64,000 nucleotides of DNA from Paramecium tetraurelia (lineage: Eukaryota): contig CT868507.1 in assembly GCA_000165425.1 (NCBI GenBank), forward strand, positions 248,001 to 312,000, read 5' to 3'. This document shows positions 16,337 through 30,570 of the stretch, piece after piece. The notes under the pieces were generated by a model. That model worked only from the letters and a program-made list of their open reading frames with translations, was not told the DNA's origin and did not search any database. How positions within the stretch are numbered: position 1 is the stretch's first letter; each line of letters begins with the position of its first letter. A program made the position numbers and the translations under genes.

Positions 16337-16858
16337 ATGAATAGATTCTTTTTCACAGGACAAGCTACTCCTTTAGAAAACAGCGAATTCGACGATGAGT
16401 ACACTCTCAAAGTACCCTCAGAAGATGAAGTTAGAATTGTGGCTATAAGATTAAGAAATTGTATTGTCCTCTTCTCATTATAATACATTAGGTCAATATT
16501 ATCTAACAGGTATAGATGTTTGCAGAGAAAAAATCTTCAGAAAGCACGTAGAAGATGAAAAAGCCACTCCCAATGGTTTCCTGCCATGCAAACCACTTGT
16601 AGATAGCTATTATTACTGCATTTCATAAGTACAAATATTTCATCAATAATTAGGGATAATATGGATAGTCAGTCTCAGATAGCCCAGCTGAAGCATAGGA
16701 AAATCTATCAAAATTTCAAAGCTGTTTATTCAACAAATTGAACCCAGCCAACTATTGTAAAGGGTTATCATATAATGAATATTCTTAGATTTGCAAGTAA
16801 AGCAGTCAGAGATTTGTATCATCTCCCAGGTACCAAAATTAAGGATACCACAATATGA
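16337..16858 (+). CDS. small twin-CX9C (CHCH-like) protein, probably mitochondrial
   Basis: After removing 3 micro-introns it reads CQYYLTGIDVC and CKPLVDSYYYC (both CX9C) plus CLFNKLNPANYC. TGA at 16856-16858. Confidence 0.7.
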
Positions 16859-16906
16859 TTACGCATAATCAATAATTGCATAATAATAAAATAAAATTGT
16901 TTAATT

Positions 16907-17993
16907 TCAATTACTATCTCCATCTTGATCTTGATCATCATCTTATTATTTTCTCTTTTGTGTATGTCTCCTATCCCTACTCGAATTTCTATGGTTATAA
17001 TCATGACTCTTCTAGCCATTTCTCGATCCTCTCTTTTTTTATCTATTCTATTGATCAAGCAACTTCATCAAAATTTCATTGTTCAAATCATTATCATCAA
17101 GTTCATCACTTTACTATTATTGTTATTAGATATTTGGAGGGTACATCTATGGATACATCCCATAAGGATTCTGAAATTGCATCATCCCTTATTACTGCAT
17201 TTGTTACTATTAAGGCATAAATCCATGCTGCTAAAATTATTATGGTATCATTTATTATCTGGGGAGATCAAATTCATCTACTCTCTATTTCAATTACTTA
17301 ATTTCATTCAAAATATGTTATTTTTACAAGTCATCCCTCTCATTCAATAATTATGTCAAACTATCATCCTTTTCTGAATCAATAGCTGGTTTCTTCTTTG
17401 CCACCAAAGCAGACAATTACTAAATATATTGATTCTATTCCTCCATTTGCTTCTACATATTTATCAATTTCTAGTTTCCTTGAATTGCAAATGATTGTGG
17501 TCTTGTCTAATTTAATTGAACTGAAGTTCTCCTTTGCACTTATTAAGGTTATACTTCTGGATTATCTCCAGGTAATATTTACGTATTCGGATTTTGATTC
17601 TACACTGATTAAAGATCAGTCTACAATGACTCCATAGGGAGGGTGTTTTAAACATTAAAAGTTGGTTAATAATTTTTGTAATGGATTTGATTATGTTCAT
17701 TCCTGTATTTATCCTTTTAAACCAGATCCCTTTGCAATTGCATAGATTGTTATTCTAATTCATAAATATAATCTTCCTTCCCTTTCATTCTCGTATTATA
17801 ATCACTAACCTTTTTAAGCATTTTTTAATACTGTCTACTCCTAAAATTGCATTAACTATATTAGTTAATCAAACTTCTGTTTATTTGAATTGGCTTAAAT
17901 CATCGGGTGATATCCAGGAGCATAACCACTAGGTGGAGCTTTCGAAAACATATTTTGCCCTAACATCTAAAATGCATTTTAGTATTGATCCAT
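16907..17993 (-). CDS. Gln/Pro/Met-rich hypothetical protein
   Basis: ATG 17993 (MDQYQNAFQMLGQNMFSKAPPSGYAPG) to TGA 16909-16907 in code 6. Contains a low-complexity QQGMMQFQNPYGMYPQMYPP segment. Confidence 0.7.
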
Positions 17994-18222
17994 TTAATTA
18001 CAAAAATGAATATTATATAATTTCTAGTAAACTTTATATCAAAATATATATTAGATTTTCATTTAACAAAATGATGTTTAGATGTTAGTTAAATACAAAG
18101 AAAGTATATATAACCAACGAGATATTAATAAATATTGTAGAATACTACTATGAATTAAGTACTTATTGAAAAATGAATTAATTATATTATTTACTATATC
18201 AACTCAATTTAATAGTATTGTT

Positions 18223-21203
18223 TCATTGATCCAATTTAGTTTAATTTCGATGTTCCACCACTTGTTGTTGCTGATGTACCAAATACTAATTCTATTATCG
18301 CACTTATTCCATGATTGCATTTTAGATGGCATCATGCCATTGATCTAAAAGAAGACTTGAGGTTGCATTGAACACGAATTCGGAATCACAATTTTCATAA
18401 CGGATCTAAGTGGAATTAAAATGGTTACTTTAATTGTATGTTATTTACTAGTATCAAAAAGGGGATTCTTAATTACAACAGCCTCTACAAAGGATACGAA
18501 GAGTATAGGTTCTGCATCACCTGGTTTCTTAAATAAGACCAATCCGACATTTGTTAAAATCACAAAGACTTCTTACCAATCACCTTGGAACATTTTCTTT
18601 TTGAATAACTACAACCACCCCATATTCTACGAGTATAATCCTTATTTGGAACTCACTCTGAATGTTGGAGTCTTTCCTTGATCTTGACTTGTCTACTTTT
18701 TAATGACTTAAGAAATGGGGATTTCATCTTTGAGTCCTTTCATTTTTATTTTAAACTAAGCCAAGAATTCCACTTTAAATAAGGTAATCTTTTAGGATGC
18801 AAATATTTCAGTTAAAAATGAATTTAATTCGCTTCTTTTAAATGTTTCAATTAAATAATCATCTGAACCTGCTACTTTGATACAACAAATGACAGGTGAA
18901 GCCTTAGATATATTTTGAAATCCTCACCTCTGAAAAAACCAAAGTATGTATGTTTTTTAATGGAAATGATCTTGACAATTTAGATGGTTTCTTTTCTCCC
19001 TCAAATATATAGAATGTATGTTCTGTCAAAAATAGGATTCTTCTAGCCTTTTTCCCTTTAGCATCGATTCTATAAACTCCATCAGAAAAACACCTCTATA
19101 TTATTGATTTGTATATATTCTTCTCCAATTTCAAGTATTCCATAATCTTGGGATCATCTCTAATCCCCAAAAAGTCTCTATAATATAAAATGTTTTCATC
19201 GATCTTTATCTACTGCGTATCCGGAGCCAATTCCTCTAAATTCTTGGTTCCCAATCCCCCCCAAAACTTATCAAATTATTGTAATAGTTGATTCTCTTTT
19301 GGCTTCTCTACAACTGTCCCAACCTGTTCCTTCTCTTCATTCTCCTCATTTATCACTTCCACAATACTATTCTCGTATTTTGGATTGATTCTTGCATCCA
19401 TCCTACTATTTATCATAGCTGGTTTGTTACTATGAACTTTTTATTAATCTGGACTCTAATTGTCCAAATCCTAAACTTCCTCAATCTTCAGAGGCCCGCT
19501 TTGTATTTCTTCCAAGGGATTAAAGGTGCTCCCATATTGATTAGGTCTGATCGAAGACATTCGTTGCGATGAATTTCGGCCGATTATATAAATCTTAGAA
19601 GATGTCATACCACCTCCTATTGACATTTTGCTCAATCTCCCAAGACCACCCCCATTCATCTATTATGAGTTGAACATACTTGTTCTTGGAATAATACTAC
19701 TTCTCAACTATTAGTTTTCAATATTTGTATTTTCAAACATCTTTTTATAATGAGATACTTCTCTTTTCAATTCTATTATCTATTATTCAAGTCCTTCCTT
19801 AATTTTCTCATAACTCAAATTCAACTCCTCTAATTATTGGTTCTGTTTCTATAAACTATTTATATTGATAATAAATTACTCATCTAATTTGAGTTCTAAT
19901 TAACATATTTATTCTTTATGTTGTTATAAGGATTGCTTAATAGTATCTATATCTTTATTCTATTGAGATTTGGTCTCTAATTCTTCTATAATTTCCATTA
20001 ATGATTTGTTATTCAATTGCAATCTAGTATTTTCCTTATTCAACTTATTTAACTGTTCTTTTAGATTTCTGGTATCTAATTACATTTCCTTCAATTCTGT
20101 CTCCAATCTCGTTATACTTTTCAATTCTTCATTGTAAAAGTTGAGTTGTATTTTTAGATCTTTATTCTGATCTTGACATTACTAGAAATAACCTAAAATT
20201 TACATTAATTTGAGTTTAAAACATATCATTATCTTGTAAACACATTTGAATCTATTAATCCTTATTTTGAATTTCTAGCTCAAACTATTATAATTATCCC
20301 GAGGTCAATTCCTTTTCAATAATCAGTTCATCTATCTTTTTATTCTTGATGTCAATATCATTAATCAAATTGGTAATCAATCCTTCGATGCTTTAAGTGG
20401 CTTTGTTTATCTCAGTTAGACAGGAAAGACCTGCTTTATTAATAAACTTCTATTTAATTAAATCGGTCTATTGATATATGATATTTGTAAAGTTTCTCCT
20501 ATCATTTGATGCAGTGGAAATCACATTAATTTATTTTTAATTGTCTTCCTCACTTGAATAATGATAATCTTCTGCCAATTACTCGATTGTGTTTGACTTT
20601 CTGCCTTCAACCCCTTTGGATTGTATTCTATTTTGATCATTAATCAATCTCTCAAGGTCATTGGAAAGTTCAAGAATCTCGTCTATTTTAACTTTCTATT
20701 GAGTATCCACAAATGGTTGGATGTATCTCATTATTTCAACAGAATTTATTTTGATAGTTCTCTACAATTCCTTACCCAACCTTTCTAACTCACGATAATC
20801 AACATGACTGCCATACTTATTGGAGATCAACTTATAGAAATTTTTGAATTGCAGAAGAAAATCATTATTGATGTTCTGTAACATATCCAAAGGCAATCGA
20901 CGAGCACATTTACCCAGAGTGTCAACATTAATTTAAGCTTAGGGTTGAATCACTTCCTATTGTAATAAGAATTCAAGAATGACAGTTTCAACTAAGTAAT
21001 ATGGAGTGAATGTTACGTGCACAATAAGTCACATTTTGTTATTTCTCCTTGATAAACTTATACAGCTATTCTTTAACATTATCATCCAAATCACATCTTA
21101 TATCCAATCTGGCATACTGATCTAATATGTTTGAAAACTCAAGAAGTGTTAGGTATTTATTCTGATAAGTTTATCTGAACTGATCGATCAAGTCTGAAAA
21201 CAT
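18223..21203 (-). CDS. coiled-coil + myosin TH1-like + PH domain protein
   Basis: RCFSDGVYRIDAKGKKARRILFLTEHTFYIF..RSFPLKNIHTLVFS resembles TH1. KYGWLQLFKKKMFQGDWQEVFVILTNVGLVLFK..FVFNATSSLLLDQWHDAIQNAI is PH-like. Multiple micro-introns. Confidence 0.7.
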
Positions 21204-21265
21204 AATAAATGATTAATTAGTCTATTTAAGTTGTTTTAAATTATATATAAATTCTCTGATTTAAA

Positions 21266-22332
<1,067 letters not shown>

Positions 22333-24183
22333 TTGAAATTTTCTTTTATAATAAAAATAATATAAGACTAAATTACAACTATGACACCATCTTAGAAATC
22401 AGAGTTTCTACTTCCAAATTCAATTAGTCACACCATAAGTTGATACTCTTTAAAAGGGAACTATTGAATTAGGTAACAATATTTAAAATACATGGCAAAA
22501 GTATGACAAAGAATTATATTTCAGGTGACTTTATATTTATGGATTGAGAAGTAGTAAGAACTCTAAATCAAAAGGTTTTTATCTAAATTAAATATTCAAG
22601 TACTAGTTCCATTAGAAATCAAATAGATAAACTGAGTGAATAGAAACTATAATTATTTTATATTGACTTTATAGGATATTCAAAATAGCATCCACAAATG
22701 AATTATAAATTATAATGATTGACAGTATTTTGAGTGTCAAAAATAAAATTACCACTATACATTATATTTTTATTTATAAATCAAAATGGAACTATAGATA
22801 AAGAATATTATTGTAAGTTCTTAAAGATTTTGACTAATCGATAGTTTTAATGATATATATATTTCAAATAAATTGTATAAAAATTTATAATAAAAATATA
22901 CTTCAAATCGTAAATTGATACTACAGAAAAGGATAACAATATAGAAATACTTTCAAATAAAACTAATTAGTATAATAAAATTACAAATGTTAGATATAGA
23001 ACTCGTTTTGTTTAGAATAACTAAGCAAATTTTGTAATACTATGTCTGGTAATTAGTGTTTCAATAAAAAACATTATTCTAATAGCGGATATATAAGGCT
23101 TGTATTATTTCATAATTAGATATTCTTGAAATAAAATTTCGTATTCTGATTAGGAACCAACAAAGTTCCTATGGTCTAGAAGAAAGATGTTCATATGAGA
23201 TTTTATAAATTACATAATTATAATATGATAATTGATGGTATTTCAAAAAAATGAATTTCTTTAATTATAAATAAAGTTCCAAGTTCAGAATGCTCTTCAT
23301 ATTTCTGTCACTCTCAAAAATAGAATAGAAAAACTTTATTTCCTTATCATAAATTAGTCAAAGAAATTGATATTGAAAATTTTCTTGCCTTTGGTTGATA
23401 ATTAAGATAAGTTTAGTTTAAATCAACAATTTATATGCATTCTCATATAAATTTATTTAATTTAATTTATATAAATTATTATATTATTTCGTACAAGAAT
23501 CAATGAAAATTTATTTCTTACTTTTCGATTATGCTGGTAACTCAGCGTAAGTATATTTAAGGAGTAAGAAACCTACAAATTGGGTTAGTATTAATTCAAC
23601 AAAATTTAAAGAATGAAATAATTTCATTTATAAATATATTGTTGGAAGTATTCTGACATCTAATAAAGATCTAAAATCGTGCATTAAAGCGATTTTTTTT
23701 ATGTTATCCAGCCTATTCCAAAGTTGATTTATTTTTTTATCAAATGATTTATATTTTCTAAAATAGCATTTCTCACCCATGAAATTAAGAATCTTTAAGG
23801 TAATATTCCAGAATTTTCCAATTATGATGAAAAAATGAGAATCAGTCTAATTGAATTTTACGACGCGTTTTTTAAAATTAAAATAATTTTTATAAATTTA
23901 TTAAAGTAGTTAGGCCTTTGTATTAGTAGGTTTCGTTTTGAAAAAAACAACCATACCTTCCCAGAAAGATAAGAAATGAGATGATAAGTTGTTTTTAAAA
24001 AAAAAGAAAATTGAAAAATTCTTCTAGTTTAATTAGTCTACAACATGATTGTTTTTGTGAGAAAAATAGTCTCAATATGATTTATGGATGGTTTCTTAGA
24101 AAATATTCTATAAGAATAATTGTATAAATTTTAGACAATTGTTTTCCCTTAGATATTAATTTAGATTATTTTTGTTTATTCTC

Positions 24184-27100
24184 ATGAGTGACACATATCC
24201 TGTTAAAAAACAACAAGAAATACAGAGTACTTCTTTATAATAAGATATTCGATCGAATAATTAGACACCTACTACATTAAATTAATAATAGACTTAGTCA
24301 TATCCAGAATGTCAGCCATTATAGTAGGACGAGCCCAGTCAGCCTTCTATGTTGACGATTCATAAGGAGGATGATGTTAAATTTTATCCTTACTATCTTG
24401 GAGAGAAGAGTTGGATGATAACAAAGTTTTTATTTATACATCTTACTTTATACTCATTATTGTTAAAGAAACACGTTCTAGATAAAGGAAATAAGATTAC
24501 AGAGAAGCACATGCCTAAATTGTCACCTTAGGAAGACTTAAGTGAAACGGTTCAAGATTCATAAAATAAACTCAATTAAAAATATAAAGTAACGCGTGTT
24601 GACTTAGTAAAAATTATTTTTTTTGGTGAATTAAAGTCGATAAGTTTAGGATGTTTTTTTGCAAATGTGGTAGAAGCTGTTGTAAGAAATGGAATTTCAA
24701 TGGTCATGAGTAAGGTGATTACCAGTGCTGCTAATGATGAAAGGGATAATGCCTATGGATTCGCTGTATTATTGGTGTTTCTGAATCTAGTTGGAGTTTT
24801 TGCAAGGCACCATAGTTATAATTTATCGATGATTTTCTCCTCAAAAGCCAGATTGACACTTATAAACTTAGTCTACCATAAATTAACTGAATTGAGTGCA
24901 TATTCCATAAAAGAGGCAAATATAGGAAAAATTTTAAATTTGATTTCTGGTGATATCAATTATCTTGAATATGTGTTTATTATGGTATTCTAGAGCAGTG
25001 TATGCTTCATATCAATGATCTTTGGATGCTACATACTTTGGGATAGATTTAATGGACCTATTGGAATAATTGCGCTTGCTATAATATTTGTTGCCTATCC
25101 CATTTAAATACTGCTCTAAACCTTTAATTCTGAGACACTTAAAACCTCTAAGCAATATCAAGATCGAAGATTAAAACTGACAAATGAACTTATTGAAGGA
25201 ATCAGACTAATTAAAATGTATGCTTGGGAATAAGCCTTCAATAAAATGATATCGATAATGAGAAAATAGGAATACATTTGCTTATTAAAAATTAGTTTTA
25301 GATCAGCAATTGATAGATTATTTAGTTTGATTTCTTAAGTTTGGTCAAGTTTTATTTTCTTTGTTATTTTGTATTATGGAGGTTTCAGAAAGACTATGAG
25401 TGTGGCTGAAATGATCTCAACAATTCAATTGCTTACATTCTTTAAAATCAGTTGTGTTTATATGGTTTCTTATGGAATTTAATCAATAATCCAAATAAAA
25501 GTGTCATTTTAGAGAATTGTAACTATTTTAAATATTGAAAATTCAGAAATGACAAATTTGGATAAAATTCAATTGAAATCAGATAATAATAATTAAATCT
25601 AGGATTACATTGGTCCAAGAATTCAACTTAAAAATTTTACTTCATTCTGGTCAAGTAAAGTCACTAATACCACAAAACCAGTACTGAAAAATTTAACATT
25701 AGATATCGAAGCAGGAGAGATTTGGGCTTTCATTGGAAAGGTTGGTTGTGGAAAATCAACTCTCCTTAGTGCATTCCTTTATGAAATTCCTGCATATAAA
25801 GGTTCCTTCAAAATTGATGGTTAAGAGGCAAATAAAGGTGCATTAAGTATAGCATATGTTGAATAAGAGCCGTTTATCTTTCCAGATACAATTAAAAGAA
25901 ATATCTTATTTGGTAGACCATTTGATAAGGCTTTGTATTAAAAAGTTTTGCATGCTTCTTAATTGGAATCGGATTTATCTTAGATGAAATTTTAAGATCT
26001 TACTGAAATTGGAGAAAGAGGTACTACTCTCTCTGGTGGATAAAAAGCTCGTTTATCTTTGGCCAGAGCTTTATACTAATAGGCAGACTTATATTTATTC
26101 GATGATCCTTTATCTGCTGTAGATGCAAGTGTAGCTAAAAATATATTTCATATGGCTATCAAGGAATTCATTTTTGAATATCAGATATAAAGAAACCCAA
26201 CCAAGAAAAAACCAATAGTTATTTTGGTCACACACTAAGTATAATATGCAGTTGAATGTGATAAAATTGGAATTTTAAATGATGGAGAATTAATCGCCTA
26301 AGGCTCCTATGAGGATATTAAGTCAAATTTATATATGATTAACGAAGAATTAGCTTAATAGTTAGACAAAACAAAAGAATCAGTAAAATAAGACTTTATC
26401 AGGCCACAATTCTAAAAGAGAGCAAAAATAATTAATTTTGATTCTAATAATCTTATAAGTAAAGAGGCTGATTAATAATCATTAATTACTTTAAAAACAT
26501 ATGCTAGATACTATAAATTTTGGAATTTGATAGTAATTGTATGTATTTTAAGTTTAGAAGTTGGTTCAGAAGTGCTTATTAATTTCTATTAGAGAATTAT
26601 ATCTCTTTTCGAAGAGTACTAAAAAGATAATGATATAGACAATGCATTTTATCTTCTAGGAATACTCACTTTAGGACTTCTTCTTACTAATTTAGTGAAA
26701 TATGCTTTAAACACATACTCCGTTTAAACTTCTACTTAACAAATGCATAACTAAATGCTTAAATATTTGACATTAGCCCCAATTTCATATTTTGATGTGA
26801 ATCCTTCTGGAAGAATTATCAATAGATTTTCAAATGATTTATCTTTGTGTGATAATTAAACAAACTCTGTTAGTTTGGATGTTTTGGAAATTATTGGTGG
26901 TTTTTTGTTTGCTTTAATTACTCTAGCTATCTTATAACCATACTTTTTGATTATGATTGTTTTTATTATCCTTATCGATCTTTATTAGTTTAGCTATGCA
27001 AAGAAGATTATCAGTTAACTTAAAGAAGTTGAATTGATGCAAAGAAGTCCTTTATTTGATTTCCTTAAGAAAACTTTAGGAGGGGTCATATAAGTTAGAG

Positions 27101-28278
27101 TTTATGAATAGTAGGCATGGTTTAGACAATAGTTTTTAGAGATTTCAAATAAATGTAACCTTTACTCTCTAACATATTACTATTCTTCAAGATCTCTTGG
27201 ATTTAATTTGGATATTGTAGGATTTATGGCTTAGACAGTTGGTATATTCATATTTGTTAAATTGAATTATGATAATGTGGCTATTTTATCTCAAGGATTA
27301 TTGCTCTTAATTACCTATAATGCCTCTTTATAATGGGGATTAAGGCAATTAATTACATTTGAAACCTAAATGAATTCTTATAACAGAATGTTTTAGATCA
27401 TCGATATACAACCAGAGGCTCCTCATGTTGTGGAAGAAGATTCAAAATATCCAGATTTTCCTAAAGATGGTAGAGTTAAATTTGAAAACGTTTTTATGAA
27501 ATACAGAGAAAATTGTGATTTGGTGTTGAAAGGATTATCATTTGAAATTTAAACTGGTGAAAAGATAGGCTGTGTTGGAAGAACAGGAGCGGGAAAGTCT
27601 TCAATTTTGTAGGCAATCTTTAGAATGTCAGAAATTGAAAATAATAAAGGATCACAATTATTAATTTCAGGTTTAGATGTTAGAAAATTAGGATTGCATA
27701 AATTAAGAAGTAGCATTGGAATCATTCCTTAATCACCTTTCTTATTTACAGGAACTATTAGAAGAAATTTGGATCCTTTTGATAATTTCACTGATGAATA
27801 ATTATGGAAGGCTTTAGAACAAACTGACCTTATTAACCATGTATAGGAATTTTAAAATGGTCTCTAAACTGATATGAGTGATGTTAATTCAGTTTTTTCT
27901 GTTGGCTAAAAATAATTAATTTGCTTGGCCAGAATTGTTCTTTTGTAGAAGAAAATAATCGTTTTGGATGAGGCAACTGCAAATGTTGATATGAAAACGG
28001 ATGATTTTATTTAGGAAACCTTAAAAAAGAAGTTTGCAGATTGCACTTTAATTACCATTGCACATCGATTAAACACAATTGCTGACTATGATAAAGTGAT
28101 GGTTGTAAATGAAGGACAAGTGATTGAATTTGACACTCCGTTTAATCTATTAGCTAATTCAATTAATTCAATTTTTGTAGATAAAAATACAGAGTTTTCT
28201 AGATTAGTTAAGAATACTGGTGATTAGAATGCTTAGGCAATTTTTGATATTGCTTATTCAAGATGTGTAAAATAGTGA
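24184..28278 (+). CDS. ABCC: ABC transporter subfamily C (MRP4-like, TMD-NBD-TMD-NBD), 1364 aa, apparently intronless
   Basis: NBD1 has GKVGCGKST, LSGGQKARLSLARA and LFDDPLSAVD. NBD2 has GRTGAGKSS, FSVGQKQLICLAR and LDEATANVD. Also GIRLIKMYAWE and YFDVNPSGRIINRFSND. Span is 4095 nt. Confidence 0.96.
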
Positions 28279-29265
28279 TTTTATTAATTTTTATATCAGA
28301 TATAATTAATTTGATAATCATTATAAATTAGAGTTGCTATTTGGTTATTTTTTAATTATTTAATAACTCAGATAATCTCTACAGAAGGCAGTGTCTAATC
28401 GGTTTGCTCTCTGCTTTGACAAGGTTGAAAATGGAAGATAAATGATATATCATTCTCATGTTATAAGATCCTTATAATCATAAGACTCCGCTTTTTTAAT
28501 TTTCTTCACTAATTTAACTCCTTTCTTAATTTTCACTTTTAAAGGTTTCAAAGGAAAACCAACTGGAACTTAAATAAGGATTTCTATCTATTATTCTTCC
28601 TTTAGTAAGTAGCAGTTATTTATTATTGATTTTTAGAAATATAAATATCAAATCCATCACTGAGCCACTCTTCTTAATTTAATTCAATCAATTCTATTTC
28701 TCTTAGAATAACATTAGAATTAAATCCTATTAATAAATTTTCTTATAATTGTTGAATCTTAGATATTTATTGTTACCTATAAAGGTCTATATTGAATATT
28801 CACAAAATCTATATATTTAACCTTATATCTTCGCTTTAAAATAATAATTCTAGTTTAGTTTATAAACACATTCCATCAACTCAAATTTTATCTTACACTC
28901 ATAAATAAAGATTGACAAATTTAGAAATATTTTGATTAATAATCATTGTAATTCTTAAAATGAAGTGGGTTCCTTTTTTGTATATGTTTCAATCAACAAT
29001 TAAGGAAATCGAGTAGTAATTCTGTAAATAATATTTAACATTCGCAATCCATGGATTATTATAAAAATTAAACACAAACAATTTATATAGATGAAGAACA
29101 CATAAGAGTATTTTCAATACATATGTGATAATCAAATAAATATATCTGTTCTGAAGATAAATAATTTGCATTTCCTTTAGAAATGTATTAAGTATACTTT
29201 AAATAAAATAGTTATCAAAAAACTTATAGGTTTTTTGATATGTATATTAAATTTAATTAAAATTA

Positions 29266-30518
29266 ATGGGTAACGAATAAATTAAACCAAGTATTGCTCA
29301 TTCATCTGAATGGACATTTATTAGAGAAATCAAATCACATCCTTTATTTGGACATATCAAGGTTTACAAAGGACCCTCTGATTAATTACAGTGCTTAAAG
29401 ACTGTCATTGTGGAAGAGTCCTAATATAAAGATCAAATGGACTCCCTCAAAAAAATAATTGTCAAAGATGTCTTATCATAAAACCAACCAAACTGCTCTT
29501 CATTAGTTTGTGTGAATCGTTTAGAAACCTAAAAACAAGAAGAGTTCTGCTCGAATTATGTCAAAATATATTTAACAGCCGATTATTCAGATCAACCAGT
29601 TCAAGAACTTAAAGATGTTAAATTATTTATGTTAGATATAATTCAAGCACTCTCAGTAATGGATTAAAAAGGAGTTAATAATTGTCAATTTTGCCCTGCT
29701 AAAATCCTTCAATTTGGAGATCGAGTTAAAGTTGTTAACACATAATTATTTACAGAAACTTCAGATTACGAATAACTTTACTTTAATGAAGTTTCTAAAG
29801 ATGACTGGATGATTGCACCTGAAGTTATGCACTCTCTGAAAGTCAATTGCCCTCCTTCATTCAATAGTGAACTAGCTGTTATTTTTAATTTTGGAATAAT
29901 GATGATTTATTTATTAACTGGAGTCCATCCTAAAGATGCTGACATTTATGATTATAAGAATTTGACACTCAATGATAATTTATCATCCTATGTCCAATCG
30001 ATTGAATAATTACAAATACCAAGTAACATTATTGAAATATTCCTATTCTAGGTCATATTAAACAATTAATATAAGATTGTGTTAATGTTAAACCCAATCA
30101 AAGACCTACTTTTAAGTTGATCACCAATTTATTAAGATAGGTTGAAATTCCACTTTAAGTTTCACACATAAAAAATGAAGAGGTTCTAACCAGTTAAATA
30201 TTCAATCCTTGTTATGAAGATGTTAAGAAAGTCTTAAGTGAATCTCATGTTAATAAGAATCTTAATTTTCATAATGAATCCCCATAGAAAATCGAGAAGT
30301 AGTAATTTATGACTGATACACAATAATCAGCATAATTCAGAAAATCAAAACAAATTTATAATTTAGAAAATACTTATAATTCAAGATCTTCTATCTAATA
30401 AAAGTAGCAAATCCAAAGCGCCTCTACTAAAGTTAAGATTCAAACAAAAGCTTAAAAAGTCAAGAGTCCAAGCTAAAAGCCTAAACCAATCAGGGCTAAT
30501 GGAAAGCACACAAAATGA
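29266..30518 (+). CDS. kinase-fold protein lacking catalytic motifs (pseudokinase), N-terminal MGN
   Basis: C-lobe motifs MIAPEV and AVIFNFGIMMIYLLTG plus PNQRPTF are present. No GxGxxG, HRD or DFG. One intron near 30052-30075; TGA at 30516-30518. Confidence 0.7.
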
Positions 30519-30570
30519 TATTATTATATATAACTATTTTATTTTCAAATTTAATTGGCTTTCAACTAAA

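Noticed and set aside
16819..17350. Overlapping Ile/Leu/His-rich ORFs in the supplied track
   Set aside because: They are antisense or off-frame shadows of the Gln-rich minus-strand gene 16907-17993.
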